Below are positions 1 to 11,408 of a stretch of DNA of 64,000 bases, piece after piece. The translations under genes and the position numbers were made by a program. Numbering within the stretch: the stretch's first letter is position 1; each line of letters opens with the position of its first letter. The stretch lies in the NCBI GenBank assembly GCA_963741205.1, contig CAVUHW010000027.1, positions 32,001 to 96,000 of the forward strand, given 5' to 3'. Under the pieces are notes generated by a model that was given only the letters and a program-made list of their open reading frames with translations, had not been told where the DNA came from and did not search any database. The DNA comes from Nitrospirota bacterium (GTDB lineage: Bacteria > Nitrospirota > UBA9217).

Positions 1-60
1 TCAATTTCAAAGACTTATGTGGGCTGGATCTGGTCGACGGTCCAGGCACGAAATTTGATA
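1..60 (+). promoter_or_regulatory. Putative sigma54 (-24/-12) promoter with upstream IHF-like site, copy 1
   Basis: TTTCAAAGACTTA (5-17) resembles IHF WATCAA-N4-TTR. AGGCACG-AAAT-TTGAT (44-59) resembles TGGCACG-N4-TTGC but has A instead of C at -12. Both motifs are conserved at 31119-31177. Confidence 0.55.
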
Positions 61-163
61 TGTATCCTGATGTGTTTTTTCGTTGCCTTGTTTCGTACCA
101 CCCCGGTTGTTTAATCCAGAGATAAACGTGCAACAGTGGACTACCCCTCTTAAGGAGCGCGTC

Positions 164-488
164 ATGATTATCGCAACGATCAGAATGACTGGTGCCTCAG
201 GAAAAGCGTCAGGAGATACTGCAGACGGTCAGCGCGCTCACCGGAATGGCGCGAAAAGAGCGGGGGTGCCATGCCTGCGATGTGTATATTGACACGGAGA
301 ACTCCGATGCATTCCTGGTGATGGAAGAATGGGATTCCCAGGAGGACTTCGACCGCCATGTCCGCGCCTCCACCTTCAGCGCGTTGCTCGGGGCGTTGAC
401 GCTCCTGAAAGAGCGGCCGGATGTCCGGATCAACGCGGTTGCGGAAACGGCCGGCATGGAGAAGATCAAGGCCCTCCGGGCGGCATGA
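164..488 (+). CDS. ABM-family / putative quinol monooxygenase, copy 1 (apparent frameshift near 190)
   Basis: MIIATIRM...KERGCHACDVYIDTENSDAFLVMEEWDSQEDFDRHVR; AAGGAG RBS; near-identical intact copy at 31255-31578. Confidence 0.8.
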
Positions 489-614
489 TCGGTGAAGATC
501 GAATGTCGCGGGCAATTCCCGGCAGGTCATGGGATTCCGCTCTTATGATAGAATTCAAAGTTAGATGAAAGATGCTAAAGTTTAACAATATCAATTGCGA
601 AAAGGCGGTGTTTT

Positions 615-3116
615 ATGAAAAGAAAGACGGAAGAGGCCAGTTCTTCAACATCCGCTGTAAATAACGATAGAACGAGGACCGGGACCACGGTCGCCGCGAT
701 CAAACAAGCGATCATTGACAACCTGCATTATGTCCAGGGAAGGACCCCCGAACTTGCTTCCCGGAACGACTGGTATATGGCCGTAGCGTTTACGGTGCGG
801 GACCGCATGCTCGACAACTTTATCCGCTCGATCAAGCGGCTTACTGACCCGAAGGTCAAGATCGCCAGCTATCTGTCGGCGGAGTTCCTGATGGGACCGC
901 ATCTCGGGAACAACCTCCTGTGCCTGGGCATCACGGACCAGGTCCGGGAAGCGGTGCAGAAACTCGGCCAGGACTTGGACGCATCTGATCGAACAGGAGG
1001 AGGAACCCGGGCTCGGTAACGGCGGACTTGGAAGACTTGCCGCCTGCTACATGGATTCCCTCGCTTCGTTGAACGTGCCGGCGATCGGATACGGCATACG
1101 ATACGAGTTCGGCATCTTTGATCAGGAGATCCGCGACGGCTGGCAGACTGAGAAGACCGACAAGTGGCTTCGCCTGGGGAACCCCTGGGAACTCTGCCGG
1201 CCCGAGATCTCCTACATGGTTAATTTCGGCGGTCATACGGAGCAGTATCAAGACGACGAAGGACGTTTCAGGGTCCGGTGGGTCCCGAACCGCGTCGTCA
1301 AGGGCATCGCCTATGACACGCCGGTCCCTGCCTACCAGGACGATACCGTGGATATGCTCAGGCTCTGGAAGTCTGAGGCCGTCGAATCCTTCGACTTCGA
1401 GGCATTCAATGTCGGCGACTATTACAAGGCCGTAAATGCGAAGGTCGTTTCCGAGACGGTGAGCAAGGTCCTCTACCCGAACGACGAGCCCGAGATCGGA
1501 AAGACCCTCCGCCTCGCACAGCAGTATTTCTTCGTCTCCTGCTCCCTGCAGGACATGATCAATATCCAGCGCCTGCGCGGAAAGAGTCTGGATACATTTC
1601 ACGAGAGCTTCGCCGTTCAGCTGAACGATACCCATCCCTCCATTGCCGTCGCGGAACTGATGCGTCTCCTGGTGGACGAGCATCTGATGGACTGGGACAA
1701 GGCCTGGACGATAACCCAAAAGACCATGGCCTACACCAACCATACGCTTCTGCCCGAGGCCCTGGAAAAATGGCCGCTCCCGCTCTTCAGCCGCTCTCTT
1801 CCCCGGCACACGGAGATCATCTATGAGATCAACAGGAGATTCCTCGACGAGGTCCGTAAACGATATCCCGGTGATGACGGCAGGATCGCGCGGCTGTCTC
1901 TTATCGACGAAAGCGGGGAGAAGTACGTCCGTATGGCCCATCTTGCCTCTGTGGGAAGCCACCATATCAATGGCGTGGCGGCCCTGCACTCCGACCTTCT
2001 GACGAAGACCGTTCTGAAAGATCTGTACGACCTCTATCCCGAACGGTTCATGAACGTGACGAACGGCGTGACCCCGAGGCGCTGGGTGGCCTTGAGCAAC
2101 CCGGGGCTCTCCGCGCTCATCACCAGGACCATCGGCGACAAATGGATCAAGCATTTCGAGGACGAGATCAGGAAGATCGAGCGCTTTGTCAAGGACCGCG
2201 GCTTCCGGGAAGAGTGGGCGAAGATCAAGCGGGGCAACAAGGAGAGGCTTGCCGCCATGATAAAAGAGAGGACCGGTATCGCGATCGATCCTGATTCGCT
2301 CTTCGACGTCCAGGTAAAGCGGATTCATGAATACAAGCGGCAGCACCTGAACGTCTTCCATATCATCACCCTGTACAACCGGATCAAGAAAAATCCGAGA
2401 ATGGACTTCGTCCCGCGGACGTTCATTTTCGGCGGCAAGGCAGCGCCTGGCTACTTCATGGCGAAGCTGATCATCAAGCTGATCAATTCCGTTGCCGAGG
2501 TTGTGAACAACGATCCCGACGTTGCAGGACGCTTGAAGGTCGTCTTCTTCCCCGACTTCAATGTGAAGAATGGTCACCATGTATACCCTGCGGCCGATCT
2601 CTCTGAGCAGATATCCACGGCAGGAAAAGAGGCCTCGGGTACGGGGAACATGAAGTTCTCGATGAATGGCGCACTCACCATCGGCACCCTGGACGGCGCG
2701 AATGTCGAGATCCGTGAGGAGGTGGGCTCCGAGAACTTCTTCCTCTTCGGACTTACCGCGGAGGAAGTGCAGGACCTCAAGGCAAAAGGTTATGCCCCCC
2801 GGAGCTTCTATGAGTCGAATACCGGCCTCAGGGAGGCCATCGATCAGATCCGGTCGGGTCATTTTTCGCAGGGAAACGGGGACCTCTTCGCGCCCCTGGT
2901 CGATAATCTTCTGAACCACGACCCATTCCTGCTTCTGGCCGACTACCAGTCCTATATCGATTGTCAGGACCGCGTGGCTGCGGCGTATATGATCAGGAGC
3001 GCTGGGTCAGCATGTCGATCCTGAATGTCGCCCGCATGGGGAAATTCTCCTCCGACCGCTCCATGCGGGAGTACTGCACGAAGATCTGGGATGTGAAGCC
3101 GCTGAAGAAATGGTGA
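615..3116 (+). CDS. glgP: Glycogen phosphorylase (frameshifts near 985 and 2990)
   Basis: YLSAEFLMG, GLGNGGLGRLAAC, QLNDTHP, KRIHEYKRQ, EASGTGNMK (PLP lysine) and FSSDRS motifs across the joined frames. Confidence 0.95.
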
Positions 3117-3144
3117 GTATCTATTGAAAAGGAATTGTGGGAGT

Positions 3145-3354
3145 AACCACGGGCGACTTCCCCGTATAGAACCGTTACGGGGCAGGCTTGCACACGGTAG
3201 AACCGACTTCTTAATTCTGGTTTTGATCCAATCCGTGTCGATCTGCCTGCACCCAGCGGTACGAGTGGCAACGCGAGTGCAGGGTGTGTGTTCTGCCTCC
3301 GTCCCGCATCTATTAGCATCTGACACGGAGCGGGGGAAGCAGAACCTGTGGTTT
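3145..3354. repeat. Composite palindromic intergenic repeat with inserted hairpin modules
   Basis: Outer AACCACGG...GTGGTT arms; an inner module at 3245-3285 is shared with 14896 and 62690; an inner module at 3293-3342 is shared with 57235. Confidence 0.7.
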
Positions 3355-3363
3355 CAGAGTCTT

Positions 3364-3423
3364 ATGAAGGTGTTGGTCGTCGACATCGGCGGGAACAGCG
3401 TCGGTGTCATCGGAGGTAACTGA
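3364..3423 (+). pseudogene. 5' remnant of a ROK glucokinase paralogue
   Basis: MKVLVVDIGGNSVGVIG* versus MKILVIDIGGNSVKVIV at 6785. Confidence 0.7.
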
Positions 3424-3424
3424 C

Positions 3425-4928
3425 ATGATGAAGCAACGGCTCCCGAAGGTCCTCTCCAATCCGGTCTCGCTCATCGGCCTGGTCATAGCCGTATTCAATA
3501 CCGGCTTCATCGTCTTCCTGTCAATTGTAGAGGCGTTCTCAAGCCGCGCACACCCCTATGCGGACCTTCTCATCTGGCTCGTTCTGCCGGGGCTGGTTTT
3601 TATCGGGTTGATTCTCATCATCATCGGGATCAAGCGCGAACGGCGGAAAGAACAAACAGGCGAACCGGAAGAACATCGCCTGCCGTCCATTGACTTCAAC
3701 GATCCCGTACAGCGCAAGACCGCTGTCGCAGTGCTGACAGTTTTCCTGCTGCTGTCGCTTCTTTATGCATTTGCAGGATATAAGACCTACGAGTTCACCG
3801 AATCCGACACATTCTGTGCACGATGTGCCATCCGGTCCATACTGCGGAGGACCATTCCCATTCTTACTCGGTCCATGCCGAGATATCCTGCGCCGACTGC
3901 CACGTGGGGTCGGGCGCGAAGTATTTCCTGCTGTACAAGCTGAAAGGGACACGCCAGCTTATTGATCTCCTGACCGGACGCTATCCGAGGCCAATCCCAA
4001 CGCCCGTTGTGGACCTCCGGCCGTCCCAGGACGTTTGCGAGCACTGCCACGGTCCTAAGTATCAGATCAACCAGAAGCTGGAAAGCAGGACCTATTTTCT
4101 CGCCGACAAGCAGAATACCCGGAAGACGATCAACCTGCTGCTATGGATGGGCAGGACGGAGTTATGCCTGACCGGCCGCCGAAGATGCACTGGCATTCCA
4201 GCACCACCGAAGAGATACTCTATGTCGCGACTGATCCAAACGGTCCGTAATTCCCTGGATCAAGGTCAAGCGTCTCGACGGGAAGGAACGCATTTATCGA
4301 ATAACCGGAGCGGAGATGTCAGATGACGGTGGCAACAAGGCCGGCACGCGTCAGATGGATTGTGTTGACTGCCATAACCGGTCGGGCCATCCCTACAATC
4401 CGCCCGATGTCATCGTAAACGCTTTGCTTGGCCTTAGGCTCGTCGATCCCGAACTGCCTGAGATCAAAAGCGTCGCCGTCAAGGCGCTCGATGCTGAGTA
4501 CGCGTCCCGCGAAGAGGCAATGATGGGCATCAACTCGTCAATAAGGGATTTTTATAAGAAGACCTATTCTGCATGGTCCCCGGAGATAGAGAAAACCGTT
4601 GCTCACAGCGATTACGGCTCTCCAGCGGTCTTATGACAGGAACTACGACCCGCACATGAAGGTCAGCTGGAAGAACTTTCCGAACAACCAGGGCCACCTG
4701 TTCTCCCCCGGATGTTTCCGCTGTCACGACGGCAAGCACCGGAGCGAGGACGGGACCGTGCTGTCCCGGGACTGCAGCCTCTGCCATCTTCTGATCGAGC
4801 GGGCCGGACCGGGCAGTACGGCTGCAGAGCAGGCCGTGTTCCGGGTGATGCGGAACCCTCATCCTACGGACATCGGAGATGCCTGGAAGCAGATGCTCTG
4901 CCACGAATGTCACGGACCCGCGCAATGA
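3425..4928 (+). CDS. NapC/NirT-type membrane-anchored multiheme (about 8 hemes) cytochrome c (several frameshifts)
   Basis: Three N-terminal hydrophobic helices, TES-FC..MCH (across a frameshift), then CADCH, CEHCH, CVDCH, CFRCH, CSLCH, CHECH. Confidence 0.85.
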
Positions 4929-4983
4929 CCGGCGGGTCTGATCGCGAGCTGTTCATTCCTTCAGAAGGTCGAGGTAAGAATAT

Positions 4984-6626
4984 ATGGCGATATCACCTTT
5001 AGCAGGCAAACCCGCCCCCAAAGAGCTGCTCGTGGACCTGGCGCGGCTCGAAAGGGAATACTTCGATCGCAAGCCCGACGTGAGCGATCCCCAGCAGCTG
5101 GTCTCGTTCGGCACCAGCGGACACCGGGGCTCATCGCTGAACGGGACATTCACGGAGGCCCATATCCTTGCCACCACCCAGGCCATCTGCGACTACCGCC
5201 AGGGCAAAGGCGTCGACGGACCGCTGTTTATTGGCAAGGACACGCATGCCGTATCCGGTCCAGCCCAGCGCACGGCGCTCGAGGTCCTGGCGGCCAACGG
5301 GGTCGAAACGATGGTCCAGCAGGACGACGGTTTTACTCCCACACCGGCCGTATCCCATGCCATCCTGACCTACAACCGGAACCGGAGCAAAGGGCTGGCC
5401 GACGGCATCGTTGTTACACCGTCGCACAATCCGCCCGAGCGACGGCGGCTTCAAGTACAATCCGACCAACGGCGGTCCGGCTGACACGGATGTAACGAAG
5501 TGGATCCAGAACCGCGCCAATGAGCTGCTGCGCGCCGGGAACCGCGGGATCAAAAGGGTCGCCTACGAAGCCGCCTTAAAGGCTGCGACGACACATCCCC
5601 ATGATTTCGTGATGCCCTATGTCAGGGACCTGGCGAATGTCATCGACATGGACGTGATCCGGTCGGCGCGAATCAGGATCGGGGTCGATCCGCTCGGCGG
5701 TGCATCGGTACAGTACTGGGGACCGATCAAGGATGTCTACGGCATCGATATCACGGTCGTCAATTCGACCGTGGACCCGACGTTCAGCTTTATGACGGTC
5801 GATCATGACGGGAAGATCCGCATGGATTGTTCGAGCCCGTATGCCATGGCAGGGCTGGTGGGATTGAAGGACCGCTATGGTATCGCGTTCGCGAATGACA
5901 CCGATGCTGACCGGCACGGCATCGTGACCCCTTCGATGGGACTCATGAATCCGAACCATTACCTTGCCGTGGCGATCAACTACCTCCTTGCTCACCGGCC
6001 GGGATGGCCGAAGGCCGCTGCTGTGGGCAAGACCCTTGTCAGCAGCAGCCTCATCGACCGCGTCGTGGCGTCGCTCGGCTCGGACATTGTCCGAAGTGCC
6101 GGTCGGGTTCAAGTGGTTCGTTCAGGGACTGTTCGACGGAACCTGCTGCTTCGGCGGCGAAGAGAGCGCTGGAGCGAGCTTTCTGCGCCGGGACGGCAGT
6201 GTGTGGACCACGGACAAGGACGGAATGATCCTGAACCTGCTCGCCGCAGAGATCACCGCCCGTACCGGCAAGGACCCGGGAGAGCTTTACCGGGAGCTGA
6301 CGACAAAATTCGGCGCTCCGTGCTACACCCGCATCGACGCAGCGGCAACGCCTGAGCAGAAGGCAAAGTTGCAGAAGCTCTCGCCGGAAGCCGTCACGGC
6401 GAAAGAGCTTGCAGGAGAATCAATCACCGCGAGGCTCACCAGGGCGCCGGGCAACAACGCCGAGATCGGCGGCCTGAAGATCACCACTGCAAGCGGCTGG
6501 TTCGCTGCCCGTCCGTCGGGCACGGAGAACATCTACAAGATCTACGCGGAGAGTTTCCGGAACGAGCAGCACCTGCAGGCGATCGTGTCCGAGGCACAGC
6601 GGATCGTGGACAATGCCCTGGCCTAA
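4984..6626 (+). CDS. pgm: Phosphoglucomutase (frameshifted)
   Basis: [20 protein letters not shown] and GEES motifs. Confidence 0.95.
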
Positions 6627-6654
6627 TGATCATAAAGTGGACACGCAAACAAGC

Positions 6655-6729
6655 CGTCATTCCGGGCCTGACCCGGAATCCAGAGGTTCTATTCAATTTA
6701 TCTGGATTCCCGCTTTCGCGGGAATGACG
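6655..6729. repeat. REP-like inverted repeat pair (CGTCATTCC...GGAATCCAG / CTGGATTCCCGC...GGAATGACG)
   Basis: Two hairpin units in inverted orientation; related copies at 16317 and 28088. Confidence 0.85.
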
Positions 6730-6784
6730 AACGTGGACACAGTTGTCCATTGCTCGTGTAAATATTAAAGTAAGTGGATAATCC

Positions 6785-7537
6785 ATGAAAATACTGGTTA
6801 TTGACATAGGCGGCAACAGCGTCAAGGTCATCGTCACCGGAGAGACCGATCCGCGGAAGTTCCCCTCGGGACCCACATTGACGCCCCGGCAGATGGTGTC
6901 CGGAGTGCTGAAGATGACCGAGGACTGGAAATATGACGCGGTCTCGATCGGCTACCCGGGACGCGTCCGCGACAACAGGCCGTTCTCGGAACCGGTCAAC
7001 CTCGGACGCGGGTGGGTTAAGTTCGATTATGCAAAGGCCTTCGGCGTTCCTGTCAAAGTGATAAACGATGCCGCCATGCAGGCTTTGGGAAGCTATAAGA
7101 GCGGAACGATGATGTTCCTCGGCCTCGGGACCGGGCTTGGCACGGCCCTGGTCGTGGACGGCACGGTGGTGCCCATGGAACTCGGACACCTTTCCTACAA
7201 GCAGGGCACCTACGAAGACTATGTGGGGCTCAAGGGCCTCGAACGGCTGGGCATAAAGAAGTGGCGTGTCTTCGTCCGGGAGGTGGTTGCCCGGTTTATC
7301 CCCGCCCTTGAGCTCGACGATATGGTTATTGGCGGAGGCAACGTCAATAAACTGGACAAGCTGCCGCCCGGCTGCCGAGCCGGGGACAACGCCCTTGCTT
7401 TCCGCGGCGGATTCCTCCTCTGGGAAAAGTCCGGTGAACGAAAGCCGTATGCCCGGACAAGGAGAAGTTCTCAGCCGCAACGGGCCGAAAGGGCCAGCAG
7501 GAGAAGAACGTCGGCACACCGCAAGAGCTCACGGTAA
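6785..7537 (+). CDS. ROK-family (polyphosphate-type) glucokinase
   Basis: DIGGNSVK, INDAAMQALG, GLGTGLG and ELGHL motifs; lacks the Cys zinc motif; basic C-terminal tail. Confidence 0.8.
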   Translation: MKILVIDIGGNSVKVIVTGETDPRKFPSGPTLTPRQMVSGVLKMTEDWKYDAVSIGYPGRVRDNRPFSEPVNLGRGWVKFDYAKAFGVPVKVINDAAMQALGSYKSGTMMFLGLGTGLGTALVVDGTVVPMELGHLSYKQGTYEDYVGLKGLERLGIKKWRVFVREVVARFIPALELDDMVIGGGNVNKLDKLPPGCRAGDNALAFRGGFLLWEKSGERKPYARTRRSSQPQRAERASRRRTSAHRKSSR

Positions 7538-7612
7538 GGCCCCGTCGCAGTGTCGTGATGCGAGTCGGCCGCTTCACATACAGATGATCGGGAGACCAGG
7601 AGAGAAAGCTGT

Positions 7613-9205
7613 ATGGATGATATCAGAACATTGCTCGAGACGCAGCCGTTATTTTCACTTTTTCTGACGATCGCCCTCGGCTATCTGGTAGGCGAGATCA
7701 ACATCAAGGGTTTTTCCCTCGGCGCAGGCGCTGTGCTCTTCGTCGGTCTGGTAGTAGGCGGTTTTGCCCCGAAAGCTACCGCGCCGGCGCTAGTTGGCAC
7801 TCTGGGGCTGCTGCTCTTTCTGTACGGCGTCGGCATCCAGTACGGCGGACAGTTCTTCAGGGGCCTGACCAGCGCTGAGGGCCTCAAGGCCAACGCCGCG
7901 GCTGCTTTCGGAGTGATCGGCGCCGGCTGCGTATCCCTGGCGCTCGTTCCCTTGACAGGCATTCGGGTCGACGAGACGCTCGGCCTCTTTGCCGGATCAG
8001 GGACCAGTACCGCGGCACTGCAGGCGATCATGGCTGCTCTAAAGACGGATGGCGCCGCGGTCGGCTACAGTGTGACCTATCCATTCGGTGTTGCGGGGCC
8101 TATCCTGTGCATGTATGCGCTCAACGCATGGCTCAAACCGAAAATCGAACAGCCTGCTGCGCAGCAGATCGACACTGCGGAGATCGCGCTCCGCAATCCC
8201 GCGTTCGTCAACCTCCGTTTCCCCGAACTCATCGCCAAACTGCCGGCAGGCGTCGCGATCGCGGCAGTGCGCAGAAAAGACCGAAATGAGCTTCCCTCCG
8301 ACAGCCTGGTGCTGGGTCAGGATGATGTTCTTCTCGCAACGGGCACAGACAAGGCGGCGTTGCAGCAGGCCGTCTCCCTGCTGGGAGAGCTTCAGACCGG
8401 AAGCATCGCCGGCGACCGTCAGGACCTGGACTATATCCGGGTGTTCGTGTCGAAACGCAGCGCCGTGGGACGCACCATCGGCGACCTGCAATTCCCGGCG
8501 GACATGACCTGCTCGATCGTCCAGGTCCGGCGCGGAGACAGCGATCTGCTGCCGAGCCCGGACCTTATCCTGGAAGTAGGAGACCGTGTCGGCGTATTCG
8601 TGAACCGATCCAAGATCAAGACCGTTCGCGCCTTCTTCGGCGACTCGATAAAGGGGACTGCGGACTTCAGTTATATTTCGATCGGGATCGGCGCCGCGCT
8701 CGGTCTTTTAGTCGGATTGATTCCTCTGCCCGTTCCCGGCCTGGGCAAATTTACGCTGGGTCTGGCCGGCCTGCTTCTTCTCGCACTGTACCTCGGAAAG
8801 ATCAGGCGAACAGGCCCCATTGTCTGGACCATGCCCCTGTCGGCCAACCTCGTACTGAGAAACTTCGGGCTGACCATCTTTCTGGCCCAGGTCGGCATGG
8901 CCTCGGGACCCAAGTTCTTTACCACCATCGGCACGGCCGGGCCTGTCTTTCTGCTGTACGGCGTTATCATCTTGCTGTCGCTGGTCCTGCTCACTGCGTT
9001 CTTCAGTCTCTGGGTGTTCCGCCTCCCGTTCGATACTGTCCTGGGGGTGATATCGGGCGCCACAGGCAACCCGGCCATTCTTGCTTTTGCCAGCCGTACC
9101 GCGCCGACCGACCGGCCTGATGTCGGCTACGCGATGATCTTTCCCTCGATGACCGTTCTGAAGATACTGTTCGTTCAGATCGCTGCCGTACTGGTCGGGG
9201 GGTAG
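7613..9205 (+). CDS. AAE-family (AspT/YidE/YbjL) transporter with TrkA-C domains
   Basis: Two duplicated membrane domains (GLLLFLYGVG; LRNFGLTIFLAQVG; GATGNPAIL) flanking two soluble RCK-C-like domains. Confidence 0.85.
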   Translation: MDDIRTLLETQPLFSLFLTIALGYLVGEINIKGFSLGAGAVLFVGLVVGGFAPKATAPALVGTLGLLLFLYGVGIQYGGQFFRGLTSAEGLKANAAAAFGVIGAGCVSLALVPLTGIRVDETLGLFAGSGTSTAALQAIMAALKTDGAAVGYSVTYPFGVAGPILCMYALNAWLKPKIEQPAAQQIDTAEIALRNPAFVNLRFPELIAKLPAGVAIAAVRRKDRNELPSDSLVLGQDDVLLATGTDKAALQQAVSLLGELQTGSIAGDRQDLDYIRVFVSKRSAVGRTIGDLQFPADMTCSIVQVRRGDSDLLPSPDLILEVGDRVGVFVNRSKIKTVRAFFGDSIKGTADFSYISIGIGAALGLLVGLIPLPVPGLGKFTLGLAGLLLLALYLGKIRRTGPIVWTMPLSANLVLRNFGLTIFLAQVGMASGPKFFTTIGTAGPVFLLYGVIILLSLVLLTAFFSLWVFRLPFDTVLGVISGATGNPAILAFASRTAPTDRPDVGYAMIFPSMTVLKILFVQIAAVLVGG

Positions 9206-9262
9206 ATCGGGTGTCTCTCGGGGAGCAGCATCAGAGACCAAACGCTCGAAAGGAGAATAGAA

Positions 9263-10265
9263 ATGAATGTCGCCCTATTCAGCGCCAAGCGCTATGACCG
9301 TGAGTTCATGGACGCGGCCAATACCTCTGCCGGTCACCGGATCACCTACTTCGAAGTGCCGCTGGAGCGGGAAACAGCCGCGCTGGCTGCCGACTACGAT
9401 GCCGTATGCATCTTTGTCAATGACAAGGCCGACGCCGATGTGCTTGAAATACTCTCGCGAGGGAAAACGCGCCTGGTCGCCCTGCGCTGCACCGGTTTCA
9501 ATAACGTCGATCTTCAGGCGGCCGCCCGGTTCGGGCTCAAGGTCGTGCGCGTCGTTACGTACTCACCCTACTCGGTCGCTGAACATGCCGTCGCCCTCCT
9601 TCTTGCAATCAACCGCAAGGTTCATCGGGCCTACAACCGGACACGCGATTCCAACTTTGAGCTCGATGGTCTGATGGGATTCGACCTGCACGGCAAGACG
9701 GTCGCCGTAGTCGGGACCGGCAAGATCGGGCGCGTGTTTGCCCGCATCATGCTGGGCTTCGGCTGCGAGGTGATCGGCTACGACAAGTACCCTTCAGCGG
9801 AGTTCGAGGCCTTGGGCGTCCGATACTCGAAACCGGGAGAGATCGGCGACAGGGCCGACATTATCTCCCTGCACTGCCCCCTGACGCCTGAAACTCACCA
9901 CATTATCAATAAGGACACTCTGGCCCGCGCCAAGCGCGGCGCCTTGTTGGTCAATACCAGCCGCGGCGGGCTCGATTGACACCGAAGCGGCGATCGAGGC
10001 CCTCAAGAGCGGGCAGCTCGGCGGCCTGGCCATCGATGTGTATGAGCAGGAGGCCGATCTGTTCTTCCGCGACCTGTCAAGCATGATCATTCCCGACGAC
10101 GTTTTCCAGCGGCTCCTCGCCTTTCCGAATGTCATTGTCACCGGGCATCAGGCATTTTTTACCCGGGAGGCGGTCTCGACCATCTGTGAGACCACAATCA
10201 AAAGCGTCAGCGAATTTGCCGCAGGGCAGCCGCTGTCCAATGAGATCAAGGCGCAACCGTCCTGA
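9263..10265 (+). CDS. ldhA: D-lactate / D-2-hydroxyacid dehydrogenase (frameshift near 9976)
   Basis: [38 protein letters not shown] and TGHQAF motifs. Confidence 0.9.
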
Positions 10266-10364
10266 CCTCCCTTCGGGACAGGTTTCGCCGATGGGAAGCA
10301 CCGGTTTCGTGATGTTGGGCCAAAGTCACAGCGTGATTTTATTCATTGATGAACGGAGGTATCT

Positions 10365-11390
10365 ATGCCAGTAGCAGATTATGCCAAGTACTGCGAAATG
10401 CTCGATCGGGCGCGGAAGGGAAAGTTCGCCTATCCCGCCATCAACGTGACGTCTCTCACGACGGCCAATGCCGTCCTCAAGGGGCTGGCCGAGAGCAGGA
10501 GCGACGGGATCATCCAGGTATCGACGGGCGGCGCCGCGTTCGCATCGGGCGCCGCGGTGAAGGACATGGCGCTCGGCGCCATCTCGATCGCCGAACATGT
10601 CCACCGCGCGGCGGAACGGTACCCGATCTATGTGGCGCTGCATACAGACCATTGCCAGGCGGACAAGCTGGACTCGTTCGTGATCCCCCTCGTGGAGGAG
10701 ACCGAGCGGCGAAGGGCGGCAGGGAAACCGAACCTGTTCAACAGCCATATGTTCGACGGCAGCGCCTTGCCTTTAAAGGAAAATCTCGATATCGCGAAGA
10801 AACTGCTCGAACGGTTCCGGAAGAACGATCTGATCCTTGAGATCGAGGCCGGGGTCGTGGGAGGGGAGGAGGACGGCATCAAGGCGAGCGCCGCTGCGAA
10901 GCTTTACACCACGCCCGAGGACACCCTGGAGGTCGCAGATCGACTGAACACGGTGCAAGGCGCCCGCTACCTGCTCGCAGCCACCTTCGGAAACGTACAC
11001 GGCGTGTACAAGCCCGGCCATGTCAAGCTCAAGCCTTCCATCCTGAAGGACTGCCAGGATGCCGTCGTCAGCAAGTACGGCGAAGCAGCGCGGTTTTACC
11101 TCGTCTTCCATGGCGGCTCGGGTTCGGAGCTCCGTGATATCCACGAAGCCCTGGATTACGGCGTGGTGAAGATGAACATCGATACCGACACTCAATATGC
11201 CTTTACCCGCGCCATCGCCGACCACTTCTTTAAAAACTATGACGGTGTCCTCAAGGTGGACGGAGAGGTGGGTAATAAGAAGGCCTATGATCCGCGCTCC
11301 TATCTGGCGCTTGCCGAGACGGCCCTGGCGGAGCGGGTCAAACAGGCAGTGAACGAGCTGAGGGCTGTTGGAACGACGATGATGAAATGA
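10365..11390 (+). CDS. fbaA: Class II fructose-bisphosphate aldolase
   Basis: LHTDHC, SHMFDGS, GGEEDG, GNVHGVYK, VFHGGSG, KMNIDTD and YDPR motifs. Confidence 0.95.
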   Translation: MPVADYAKYCEMLDRARKGKFAYPAINVTSLTTANAVLKGLAESRSDGIIQVSTGGAAFASGAAVKDMALGAISIAEHVHRAAERYPIYVALHTDHCQADKLDSFVIPLVEETERRRAAGKPNLFNSHMFDGSALPLKENLDIAKKLLERFRKNDLILEIEAGVVGGEEDGIKASAAAKLYTTPEDTLEVADRLNTVQGARYLLAATFGNVHGVYKPGHVKLKPSILKDCQDAVVSKYGEAARFYLVFHGGSGSELRDIHEALDYGVVKMNIDTDTQYAFTRAIADHFFKNYDGVLKVDGEVGNKKAYDPRSYLALAETALAERVKQAVNELRAVGTTMMK

Positions 11391-11408
11391 AGAAAGAGGA
11401 GATCTCCT

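Noticed and set aside
55-68. Possible FNR/CRP box TTGAT-N4-ATCCT
   Set aside because: The right half-site is not conserved in the second copy (GTTCT); a sigma54 reading fits better.
931-2919. Long antisense ORFs (662 aa here; also 29169-30836, 11465-12778, 39730-41064 and others)
   Set aside because: They are shadows of well-supported + strand genes in GC-rich DNA and have no recognisable motifs.
9974-9982. TGA interrupting ldhA as possible selenocysteine read-through
   Set aside because: The protein continues in another frame (GL-IDTEA), so this is a 1-nt insertion, not recoding.
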